A DNA stretch of 63,528 nt, the filler included, from Kipferlia bialata (Eukaryota): NCBI GenBank assembly GCA_003568945.1. It is 6 parts of 6 records of this genome, joined end to end, with 100 filler letters (N's around TTAATTAATTAA, not from the genome) between each part and the next. Parts side by side here need not be neighbours in the genome. Positions count along the whole stretch, not along the records: positions 1 to 12,416 come from BDIP01001085.1; positions 12,517 to 24,921 come from BDIP01001086.1; 4 more parts are not named here. One strand, given 5' to 3'. A program made the position numbers and the translations under genes. Of the stretch, positions 1-12,757 are shown in pieces. The notes under the pieces were generated by a model. The model was not told where the DNA came from and did not search any database. It saw only the letters and a program-made list of their open reading frames with translations. Position 1 is the stretch's first letter. The number at the start of each line of letters is the position of its first letter.

Positions 1-51
<51 letters not shown>

Positions 52-109
52 CTCCTGTACACGGAAAGACATTTGGCGAACAGACAGACACACATAACAC
101 ACGCGGTAC

Positions 110-1459
<1,350 letters not shown>

Positions 1460-1666
1460 TGCTCCAAAGGCTGCTGCTTGAAGGAGTCTTCTGTGAGGAG
1501 GACTCTATGGGACAGAAGGGTGCAGGCCAAAAACCGAGTTCTGGTCTCAGTGTTGTGCTCCTCCTTTACGTTCCACCTTTCGCCACAGTGACAGAGCTCT
1601 AGTGTAGTTACGTCTATGTCACGCTTTGAGGTGACAAGTGCCTTTTTGGAGGCGTCACCAGGTACC

Positions 1667-4301
1667 ATGGCAAAACAATTACGTGCACTGTGTCTCTGTG
1701 GGACACAGTCATTCTGAGTAGTGATCTGTGATACCCCTGTTCCTATTATTGCAAGTTTTCACTCACCCGTTAGTGGCCCTGGTGATGCCACCTCCCTCAC
1801 CATCGTCCTCCTCTGTCTTAGTGAGCGTAGCCAACGTTGCTGGCGTGGAAGACATATTCCAGATGTATGAGCTGAGGACAGGTACGGTATATACAGGGAG
1901 ACTGTTGGTGAGCCATTGGCTTACTGTTGGTGTGTGTATGATAGTGGTTGCTGGTGTGTAGTGGCAGAGAAGGGAAGGATGCAATTGTGGAAGTGTTAGG
2001 GATACCTGCCAGTCCCCTATTCCCTATCATTGTGGATAACCCCAGGCATTGGCAGTACCCCCTCCCTCCGCAGGCTACCTCTGGCCCTGCCCCCCCTTCC
2101 CATACACCCCACAGGTAAGTGATTCCAGGAGTGTTGATCCCTTATACCCTATATATAGAATCCCCCCTCCTTCTCCCCAGGCCTGTGCCACCCGAGCAGG
2201 TCCCAGGCTGTGCTGGCCGGGGAGGACGGCAGCCTGATACTGCTCTCTGTCTCTCTGTCCAGGGATGACTCTCCCTCCAGTGTCAGGGCCACCTCGCTGT
2301 CCAAGCTGCCCAGCCCCATAGGCCCCATGGCCGCTAACAGGCACAACGGCAGGTGGTGGCTATAGTGACTATCGAGGGGATAGGCAGGGGGTATATATAT
2401 ATATAGAGAGAGAGAGACATGGACCAGTACGGATAAGCTGGTCGAGAGCCATGCTCTTGTCTGCCCACCCTGTCTAATTACCAGTATCCCATATCTCACA
2501 ATCTCACTGCCAGGGTCGCTGTGCCAGCCGGAGACATGTCCCTGAGCCTGTTCAGCCCAGCCATGCAGGTGGTGTATAGATGGTGGATATAAGTGGATGC
2601 ATGGTGCATTAACAGTGACATCAGCATGGTTTATATTGTGTACTTCTTAGCCTCTTCAGCATGCAATGGAACATAGTGGGACTGAAACTGATACTATACT
2701 AAAGTTGATACATTCACACATCAGCGTCGTATTGTTATTATTATGCAGGATAATCTGTGTTGTCCGTGTTACTGTGTCTAACCGACCAATCTCAGTCTGC
2801 CATCCTAATTCACTGACACTGATACCGTCAAGTATATACTGACTCTGATACCCCCATCTGTCTTATCCCCAGATCCAGCACCGTATCCCAGCTGTGAGTG
2901 GCAGTCCCATATCAGCCACGGAGTGGATAGGTATATGGATGGATGCTTTCACATCTATTGATATATATGGATGGTTATATATGGATAAGTGATATTCATA
3001 TTCATATTCATATTCATATACGTGGGGTGGCTCTGCCAGACTCATATGTTTCACTGAGAGTCTCTGTATACACCATATATATATATATATATTCATACCA
3101 CTATGCATACCCCGATACCCCCCCCCCCCTATATACACGTGTATCCTGGCTACCCCCCAGGTGTGGCCATGGTAGCTGTGGGCAGTCTGGCGGGCACCCT
3201 CAGGGTGTTCGATGCTGCCAACACGGTGGCCACAGGGATCAGGTGGGTTATCACTCAGGGTGGTGTCAGGATGTTGGAGTGCAGGATGTGTATACCTACA
3301 CGCAAGTATGTTAATAATTTATGGAATGGTTCTTATTGTTGGTGAGGATTGTGTTGGTGAGGATTGTGTCTAAGGTGGGAAGATTTGTGCTAACCGCCAG
3401 AGAGTGTGTATATGAGTGTCATTTCCCCGAGAGTGTGCTGTCTCTCTGTGTGCTGGATGCCAAGACAGATGACACACCAGGTAAGGCAATGTATAGACAG
3501 TGTATAGACAGAGACAGGGCAGTGTGATTATCATCGAGGAGAGCTGTTGTGTTTGTTATATGGACATTATATTCGATGCTGTGCACCATTACACTGCATG
3601 CATAGTTGTTCTCTGTCCTGTCCCTGTGACATACTTGGGTGTATGTTGTCCTGACCCCCAGGTGATCTGCTTGTGGGTCTGTGTGATGGGTCCATCCACC
3701 TCGTAGACACACAGGCACAGGCACAGGAGAGCAGGTGGGGGTGGCGTCAGTGGGGTGTATACTGTTGTGTGCCTTGTGATCAACTGACATCAGATATTGG
3801 ATGAGCACTTGGTATATATATATATATATATATATATATCCACCCCTCATGTCAGGTGTATCTTCTCTCCCTCCCAGCCTGGGTGTGTGACTGGGTCTGA
3901 TGCCCCTCTACAGGCAGGGGGTATCTCCAGTCTGTGTGTGCTCAATGGGTCAGTGGTAGGTGAGACACGGGCTAGGGGGGTGATGGTACATGTGTATGTA
4001 TATTTCCCGTCTCTCACCCTCAGCCTCCACCCTCAACGGCCGTGTCCTGTCCATCCCCCTCTCCCCTGTCTACACAGCCCCTATGGCGGATATGGCTGAG
4101 TCCAACCCGGACACCCCCATGTGTCTGTCTCTGGTGGGCACTGTGGCGTCTGCCCCTCCCCCCTCGGGGTGTGTCAGTCTGGCCTCCTCCCCCTGTGCCT
4201 TCCTGACCGGTGTGGCCCAGGTCCAGCCCTTCAACGGGTATGGCGCTGTGTACATGGCAGCTGGACCCGACATGCGGGCAGTCATAGTGTGCAGCCAGTA
4301 G
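1667..4301 (+). CDS. Hypothetical protein, probable divergent WD40/beta-propeller (~11 exons)
   Basis: A phase-consistent GT-AG exon chain runs from ATG 1667 to TAG 4301. It has repeated WD40-like strands: AVLAGEDGSLILL, VAVGSLAGTLRVFD, LLVGLCDGSIHLVD, VASTLNGRVLSIP. Confidence 0.6.
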
Positions 4302-4551
4302 CGCCTATTAGTCTAATAGCACCAGTCCCATTTCTATAGGGTCCAGCAGTCCCACACATCATACAATAGATCACAAACAAGTGTATTCCACACATGAACA
4401 GTCATGGAGTTATACTGAGTGTCATGTATTTATCACGGATGATACCCCACCCTGCAGTCAATCCCACTGTGACTCACAGCTTACTAGGTAGGTCCCTAGT
4501 AGTGATACACTGACACTGGCACCATCGCCATTCTAGGCATAAGGGGTCCCA

Positions 4552-5603
4552 CTAAGCAGACTCGTCACCCTAAGGAGTAAGTACAGAGGTCTCGTCACCT
4601 ATCCAAGTCAAAATATACAATTGTATCATTGTTTTGGAGTCATTGTACATCGGGATCCACGGTCACGACAAGCACTAACACACCGGACTGTGCATTATCT
4701 CAGACAAACGCAACACGGTAACCACACCCACCTGTTTACCTCCTCTGTGACGGCACTGCACTCCCTGTGTCTGGGGTGAGGGAGACAGTACATGAATACA
4801 AAGAGTACAACACGTATGTACCCCAGATGTACACATACAGATATACACGCCAGATGTCATACCTCTCCAGCGCCCTGTGCACCGCTGAGGATATGGAGGG
4901 CATCGCGGGGTCCTGGGCACACACGCCCTCCTTGTCTGGGTCAGAGAGAGAGAGAGACAGACAGAGAAGAGAGGTACACATTCTAGGGGAGAACTATCGA
5001 ATCTTCAGACTATACCCGCTGCCCATTATATACCACCCACCTCCCTCCAGCACCTTGGCCAGACACTGCATGAGCAGGATGGATCTATCCTGCACATCCA
5101 CGTCGGTGCCATCCACGAACTGGGATAAGGAGGGGGGAGGGAGGGGGGGGGGGGCATCACAACATCACAGTGACAGGTACGTTAAGAATGAATAGGACTG
5201 AACCTGATCCATATGGACCTTGGAACAGAATGTATATAGAATGTATATAGAATGTATATAGAATGTATATAGAATGATACACTTGCACATGTCCCCACCT
5301 CCGGACAGTCGAGACACAGCTTGACACACTCCAGCACCCCGAGGTCTAGGAAGATGGGGACAAGGTCACCTGGGTCAGAGAGGGGATGGGGTCAGAGAGG
5401 GGATGGGGTGGGGTTGGCCAACGGTATGGGTGGTACCAAATGCCATGGGCCCCCATCATCTCACACTATACCTCTACATCTCACACTATACATGTACATA
5501 TATATATACATACACATACCATGGGCCCCCACCATCTCGCACTGGAAGGCGAGGCCGGCAGCAAGGATATCAACGTCCTGACAAGTAAGGGTTTCAGTAC
5601 TAG

Positions 5604-5659
<56 letters not shown>

Positions 5660-8259
5660 ATCCGTGCAGAGTGTACCACTAAGACGTATGCTCTCTGTAC
5701 CTGAGGGTATCTGCGCATGGCTGTCCGTACCAGGGCAGGCACCTTCCTGGTCAGAATGTCAGGTCTGGCGAGGCCTGGGGGGTAGAGAGGGTAGAAGGGG
5801 GTATGATATAGAAGAGAACTGTAGACAAGTGTAATACTCTGACATACTTGGGTACTGATGTATATATACACACCACGCTGGTCGACAATAGACTATCAAG
5901 CCCGGACACCAGTCCTCTCCCTCCTGATCATACCTTCCCCTGCTATTGTGGCCAGTACCTGCATGGCCAGGGAGACCAGAGACGGCTCGGTCCTGGGGTG
6001 AGGGTGATGGGGTACAAAACTATTCCTGAACGTCTGTCCAAGACGCCCTACCGCTGTGTACTCACCCCCGTGTCCTGAGCTGTCTGTACATGACGGACAC
6101 GGCGCCTGCCTCCCACAGGGCCTTGACAATGGGGGCTGGGGGGAGGGTATATGCAGAATATATATATATATATCAGTGGGGGCTGCAGTGAGTACTCAAT
6201 AAACAAGACCGGGGTGAGATAGTCCAAGTATCGTCATTGCACAGCGGTAGTATGGGATGTGAAAGGAAAGCATACATCCATAATAGAGGTACCTGTTGCG
6301 GCCATGGTGTATATGACCCAATCCAGCCAGTCCAGCACAACACCCGGCAGGTCGGACTGGCGTTGGCGATATATGGTTGAGGAGAATAGACAGCATGATG
6401 TATACAATACATATACCCTAACAGGCCCGGTACCATACGACCTACTCCATCCTAACACCATACCTGTCTGAGCATGTCTAGCAATATACAAGTATATACA
6501 GTACTATACTAAACATTTCCTAATCCCCCAATCGCACACTACCTGTCTGAGCATGTCTAGCAATGCCTCAAGCACTCCGGCCTGGAACAGCAGTTCCCTG
6601 TCAGTCAGCAGATGGATACAGTCAGCAGATGGATAAGGGACAGGTGGGGAGATGCGACGCCGTGTATTGAACAATAATTCCACATACTCCTGACAACGTT
6701 GCTTGGTCACTGCGATGCCACTCATCACTGATAGGCTATATGTCACCGGATAGGTGTGTATGGCAGTGTATACACATGCATACCTGTTGGTGTCTGTCTG
6801 TGCCAGCATACCAAGGGCATACAAGAAGTCCTCGGCATCAAGGACTGGGGTCAGTGTCAGTGTCAGTATCAGTATCAGGGTTGGCGTGAACAGACACCAA
6901 TATACCGAAGAGATCAAGGGAATAGACACACTGAGTCCTCAGCCTAGGACACTAGTAGTGTGTACCTGGTCTCTTGTCCTCCTGCCCCTCCTCCTCCTCG
7001 TCGTCCTCCATATCTATGGGCACAGCCTCCTTGTACTGGGCCAGATAGGCAACCTGAGGGGTGAGGCATATGTATGTACCACACATACATGTATAACAAA
7101 TATTAACACACCCTGAGCACTGTAACCCTGATCAGCACCGACAATATCAGTACCAGTGTCAGTTTCTATACACAGAGCACACACATCTATCCCAATGCTG
7201 TATCCAACCACCGCCACATACCATGACCCTGGCGAGCTCTGCATCCATCTCCTTGGGAAGGGGGGGTATCTGAAGGGGGGGTGCGTTGTACACGGCACTG
7301 ACCGGGGAGGGGTTGAGGGGCGCAGGGGAGGCAGCACCACCCTCAGCGTCAGGGGGGGCCTCCGTCCCATCCCCTGCTGCCTGAGGGGCCTCATCCCTGG
7401 GGTGAGCCATACACACGTACATACTACATTATACATATATATAATGAACCCCCATTCATGTAAGAGAGTACCTCTTGCAAACCAGTCTACGAAGACATAA
7501 CAGTATAACAATTACTACACCCAACTCGAGACATACTTCAGCGATACCTAGCAGCCATCTGGTTAGACACATCTGCCCTGTGGAGCTCCTAGGGTGAGGG
7601 AGGGGAAGTATGAGAAGAAGGGGTGACGCACCATGCCCCTCCACCCATACCTCCTCCACCGTACTGATCACATACCTCCTCCACCGTACTGATCACCATG
7701 AGCTGGTCTGTCAGGGACTGGGTGGCAGCAACGGCCTCGGCCAGTCTGGAGGTGAGACAGGGGGGGGAATGTAACATGATGTAGCATAATAGCACATACC
7801 CAATATGGAGTCTGACGACTGAGAGGTCACCCAGACAGAGTTAACAGAATATATATACATACACATATATATCTGTGAGAGAGTGTGTGTCGTCCCCACC
7901 TTGCCTCCTTCTGGTCCAGGGCAGCCTGTTTCTGGGCCTTCTTGTCACTCTTGCGGGCAGACTTCTTCTCAGCCTGGACATGAGGTGTATTATATGTACT
8001 AGATACACGCGTAATATATATCAGATATCCACAGGACAGAGGGTATGGGGCGGTATACATACACCACTGTAGAGAGGGGTATCGCACCGGAGTCATGGTC
8101 TTGGGCATGTTCTTGGGCTTCACCACCCTGAGAGTGAGAGAGGGGGGGAGGGAGAGAGAAGCTGGATGGCAGGGGGGGGAGGGGGTAACTACTAGCTCGG
8201 GTGTCACTGAGAGAGAGGGTGTACAGTACAACCCACCTCTTCTTCCGTGGATTGGCCAT
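4552..8259 (-). CDS. Hypothetical alpha-helical (armadillo-like) protein with basic N-terminus
   Basis: Exon chain MANPRKKR/VVKPKNMPKTMTP/AEKKSARKSDKKAQKQ... then ELLFQAGVLEALLDMLRQ, IVKALWEAGAVSVMYRQL, LVRTAMRRYPQDVDILAAG, PIFLDLGVLECVKLCL (ARM-like helices). The probable last exon GDESA* ends at 4552. Confidence 0.6.
5227..5275. repeat. 11-bp intronic tandem repeat (AGAATGTATAT)x4
   Basis: Directly visible. Confidence 0.85.
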
Positions 8260-8661
8260 GGCTATGGTTCAAGTCGCTCTATCCAAGCGTTAAGGTCACA
8301 GCTACTCCACCAGAAGAAGGGAAGCGGTCCAGATGTATGTAGTGTGATAGCTAATGTCAGGTGAAGAGATGTGGTGACTTGTAAGCATTTGTCAGGGTAA
8401 TGGCGAATGAAGCTTAATGTGTAAATACGTTACTCGTCTTTATTAGTCTCAATCCATAGCACGGAGGTTAAAACTGGGGTTTAAACCGAGCTAGACTAGC
8501 GTTCGATTCTCTTTCGGACCCCACTCTGATCCTCTACTTCGTTATTGTAGACACGCCATTCACACATTAAACTCTAAAGACCCCTGACTTGTGTGAATGG
8601 TGGTATAATATGGAGGGGTATGTAACGTTTGCAAATAGTACTAGACAATCATTACACCGTT

Positions 8662-10076
8662 CTATATTAGACCTGCTTCGTGCATCAAAATGGTTCCGAA
8701 ACTGCGCACTTTTGAGCCTTCCCCCTACAATGAGTACAGAGAGATGATGAGACGGTATGATGTCAAGGGAGCAATGTGCATTACAGCATATCCGCACCCT
8801 GACCCTGCTCATAAGCTGTATCCTGAGGGCCAGGTTGCCAAGGCCGGACATCAACTCCCTGGGGTGAGGGGGGGACACACAACATAGGGCCTCAACATGC
8901 ATCCATATCAATGATGCCCCAACATGCATTCCATTCCAAAACTACCCCACCTGAGCTCCTCTGGGGATGCCACTCCAATGGCAGTGTGCTCCTGGGGTTA
9001 GACACTTAGACACTAATGCAGACAGAGAGAGAGGGGGGGAAAGAGAAGGAGACCGTAGCAGAACACTCTCTCACACACATATTGGCATGAACACACCTTG
9101 TTAAGGGCATCGACCAACTCTAGCTGGTGGTTGTTCATAAGACTGCATGTTAGATAGTGGTAACAATTGATACTCATACAGAGAAGCATCAGCTGAACAA
9201 CACAACACAATACTACAATAGAAGTTCATGCTAGTGGACATACTAGTTTTCACCAATACTGACCTTGGGTTGCAAACCACAATGTGCTTCTTAGAGTGGT
9301 CCCTAACCTTGCATGAGACAAAGTGACACGTGTACAACAATACGCAAGACAATAACACGGGTGGGAGTGTAACACCATGCCGTACCTCCAGTATTGTGCC
9401 GGCTCCTGCATGAGATATGACAAGGTCAGCCGCAGAGACTTCCCGCTGGGATATCAGTATGAGGGCATACATATGTGAGGTGTGATATGAGTCCCAGAAA
9501 GACGACACTCTATAACAGTCACGGGGTATGGGGGATTTAGAACAAGCACCCATCCGTGTAAGTCATACCTCGAACTGAGATGTCATCGATATCTGCTGGA
9601 TAGACAGGGGGCATCCCTCGGGGACCTGGGGGGAGACATACAATCAGACAGAGTAGAGGTCAGGGATGAGAGATATGTATGTGAGCGTGAACACCTCCAT
9701 TGGATCTCCCTTCCCGTGCTGGATGGTCATTGTGTCATATCCTAGCTCCTAGGAGTGAGTACTCACGGTGAGAGAACCACAGACAGACACTACGGTGACA
9801 CACTCAGCATCGGTACCGGTACCGGTATCATGAATATGAGTGGTATACCAGGGTGACACAGCACATGCACAGGAGGGGTATATCTACCTCCCACCTTGAG
9901 ATTTGCCAGTATCTGTGGGTCCTGCAGCACCTCTAGCATGGCATCGAACCTGGCATCAGAGACAGACAGGGACAATGCACTAGAAAATACAAGGAGACCA
10001 CAGATCCTCACTTCAAACCCTGGGTTTAGCACCATTTACTCTACCTGGTGGTCCCAACCGACACAAATATGTGCAT
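8662..10076 (-). CDS. ALG13: ALG13, UDP-GlcNAc transferase catalytic subunit (Glyco_tran_28_C)
   Basis: Spliced product MHIFVSVGTTRFDAMLEVL...REVSAADLVISHAGAGTILE...HIVVCNPSLMNNHQLELVDAL...HEAGLI*. It carries the family motifs FVxVGTT, ADLVISHAGAG and LMNNHQLEL. Confidence 0.92.
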
Positions 10077-10164
10077 ATGCGGCGTTGCACAGGGTGAAGG
10101 AGACATAGTCTTATGTCAGTAAGATCATCGGCACCAAACCCTCATCTTCATTTTTTGATTCCAC

Positions 10165-10186
10165 TATGTGATCTCGAGATCACATA
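10165..10186. promoter_or_regulatory. Perfect 22-bp palindrome in the 151-bp ALG13/PRP6 bidirectional promoter
   Basis: TATGTGATCTCGAGATCACATA equals its own reverse complement and sits between divergent ATGs at 10076 (-) and 10228 (+). Function is inferred. Confidence 0.5.
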
Positions 10187-10227
10187 TACTTACTCTCAAG
10201 GCTAGTGTCGCCAGAGAGCCTGACGAG

Positions 10228-11539
10228 ATGGAAGCTGACTTCAGCAGGCCGGACTTCAATGCCATGGTCCCACCGCCCGGTTATGTGGCCGGTATTGGTC
10301 GTGGTGCCTCGGGATTCACAACTAGGTAGGAGCTAGTTTGAGAGCCTTGAGAGCTACATATTTTTCTGTGCTGCTGCGCTGAGTATAGACTAAGGGCGAT
10401 GTTAGCGCTTGCCCTGAATTTGGCATAGTGCGTTCTAGATGCTTACATTCTTTCGCCATCCAGGAGCGGTGCTGAACAGTGATTCCACACTTATACCTCT
10501 CTCGTCTGTTGAGTGCTCTATCCCCATTCTGCCATACCACTGGTCTCTCCTCGTATGTACAGTGTTTGTCTTGTATATTCATAACCCATTAGGATAGTGC
10601 ATCCATTCATAGCCATCTCCCTCTATGACCACCCTTCCGCCCCTCCCTCACCCCAGGTCCGATGTGGGTCCTGCCCGCATGGCCTCCCTGCTCAATGCCG
10701 ACGGGTCCGAGACCTCCCAGACAGTGGGCGCAGAGCAGGAGAGGGAGATCGCAGAGCAGGTCTATGACGCTGTAGGTGAGGATGGTTATGATGGTTGCCT
10801 GTCTTTATAGTCAAGTGTGTCAGGCGCAAGTACACGTCACCGCCGTGTCTATTGTTAGGGACTCACCCGTTATGTCATCCCATGTGTCGCTGGCCCTTCT
10901 GTATGTTACCTCTCCCTCCCTCTTCTCTTGCCATTGACCCCACTCTATTATTATTGACATCAGGGTCCAGGGTTAGCGAGAAGGGAGCCAAGAGACGCCA
11001 TGCCCAGGAGAAGGAGATCAAGCAGAAGGTGGGGACGCCGCTTGGTCACCCTGTCATGAGATTGAAGTGCATCATCTGCCATGCTCAGTCTCTGCCAATG
11101 TATTCCCTTTCTCACTCTCTCTGACTCTACCCCTAACTCTTCTAACCCCCAGGGCAAGAGGGGTCGTGTAGGTGGTGGGTCCGTGTCCTCGCTCTATCAG
11201 GACGTCAAGAGAGGCCTAGACGTACGTCACCAATGTCTCTGAACATCATCTCCCCCTCTCCCTCCCTCACCACAGGAGATGGATAACAGCGCGTGGGAAA
11301 CCATCCCTGAGGCTAGGGATTTCACAAGGTACCCACTTGCAGACCCCAGAATGAGTCACCCTCTATATGCTGTGTACTTTGTACCACTCTCCCCCCCATC
11401 CCTTCTGACCCCAGGCAGAAGAAGGCAGAGAGAGAGAGACAGAGGAAGGAGTTCAGAGAGTTCAGGTACGTGAGTGTGTTGATGTTGTTAGTCTATGCTG
11501 TATGATGGGTATGTTCCTACTCTGTTGCATGTCTGTTTC

Positions 11540-11570
<31 letters not shown>

Positions 11571-12347
11571 GAATAGGTACATGTGTGTCTGACTGTGCAG
11601 GGCTGCCCCAGACCATCTGTTGGCAGAGAGGCTCAGCGATGCCACAGTGACCAGTATCAGCAGTGGTACGGTTGGTATATATGCATTGATGTACTATTGT
11701 CTCGAATATGTATACTCGCTATGGTTGCATCTGATCAGTGCCACAAACCACTGAGCTGTTATTAGTGCTTCCCCCACCCCACCCCACCCCCCTGACCCTC
11801 CCCATGATACTGATACACTGATGCACTGACATACTGACATACAGGCAGTGCCACAAGTGGGGGCTCCAGGACTGACATCATGGCTAACTCCCTGGACAGG
11901 GCGGGAGAGTCCACAAAGATCGGTGCGGTTCATGTATCTCTCCCTCCCTCCCTCTCTCTCTCTCTCAACCCCCCCCCCCCTGTTTACCATCAGGCACCCG
12001 CACGTCTGCCCTCGATGTGGCTGGATACATGACTGCACTCGAGAACGTGCCCACATTCAGCCACGACGACCTGCAGAACCAGGTATCTCATGGCTCTATA
12101 TCACAATATTCATGTTGGTGAGAGGGCGCATATTCTTACAACCCAGGCCCGTATCAGAAAGACCCTCCGCAGTCTCATCGAGACCAACCCCCAGCAGGCC
12201 TCAGGTGCGGAGTCGTGGCGTCATGTTATGTGTGTGCCAGTATAGTATCACGCCCCCCCCCCCCACCCACCCCAGGGTATGTGCAGCTGGCCAGGCTGGA
12301 GCTCCATGGAGGCAAGCCCAGAAAGGCCAGGGAGATCCTGCTGCAGG
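10228..12347 (+). CDS. PRP6: Pre-mRNA splicing factor PRP6 (U5-102K), N-terminal part, truncated at scaffold end
   Basis: MEADFSRPDFNAMVPPPGYVAGIGRGASGFTTR/SDVGPAR matches the PRP1_N motif. It continues with YQDVKRGLDEMDNSAWETIPEARDFTR, LDVAGYMTALE and ARIRKTLRSLIETNPQQASGYVQLARLELHGGKPRKAREILLQG (first HAT/TPR repeat). Confidence 0.93.
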
Positions 12348-12368
12348 GTATGGCTCAACGTTATCGTC

Positions 12369-12416
<48 letters not shown>

Positions 12417-12516
12417 NNNNNNNNNNNNNNNNNNNNNNNNNNNNNNNNNNNNNNNNNNNNTTAATTAATTAANNNNNNNNNNNNNNNNNNNNNNNNNNNN
12501 NNNNNNNNNNNNNNNN
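12417..12516. other. Artificial scaffold linker
   Basis: N44-TTAATTAATTAA-N44, with stops in all six frames. Confidence 0.97.
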
Positions 12517-12572
12517 ATATTGGTGATATATTGGTGATATATTGGTGATATATTGGTGATATATTGGTGATG
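12517..12572. repeat. 11-bp tandem repeat (ATATTGGTGAT)x~5
   Basis: Directly visible at the scaffold start. Confidence 0.85.
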
Positions 12573-12757
12573 TCTGACCATGAGGGATATGGAGCATCAG
12601 AATCCATGTGTCTGGGTGAAAACTCATCATTATTATACATCACTTAGGTACCGACCAATTAGTGTCCATGTACAGATTCGTAACTTATGTTACAGGAGAG
12701 AGTGTTATAGATACACCAGAGGTCCAGACAATACACCACAATACAAGAGTGTCTCAC

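Noticed and set aside
2338..2356. Possible GC-AG intron (AACAG|GCACAA)
   Set aside because: An in-phase canonical GT donor exists 12 nt downstream.
10167..10184. Resemblance to a bacterial CRP site (TGTGA...TCACA)
   Set aside because: The spacer is 8 nt rather than 6, and the locus is eukaryotic; kept only as a palindrome.
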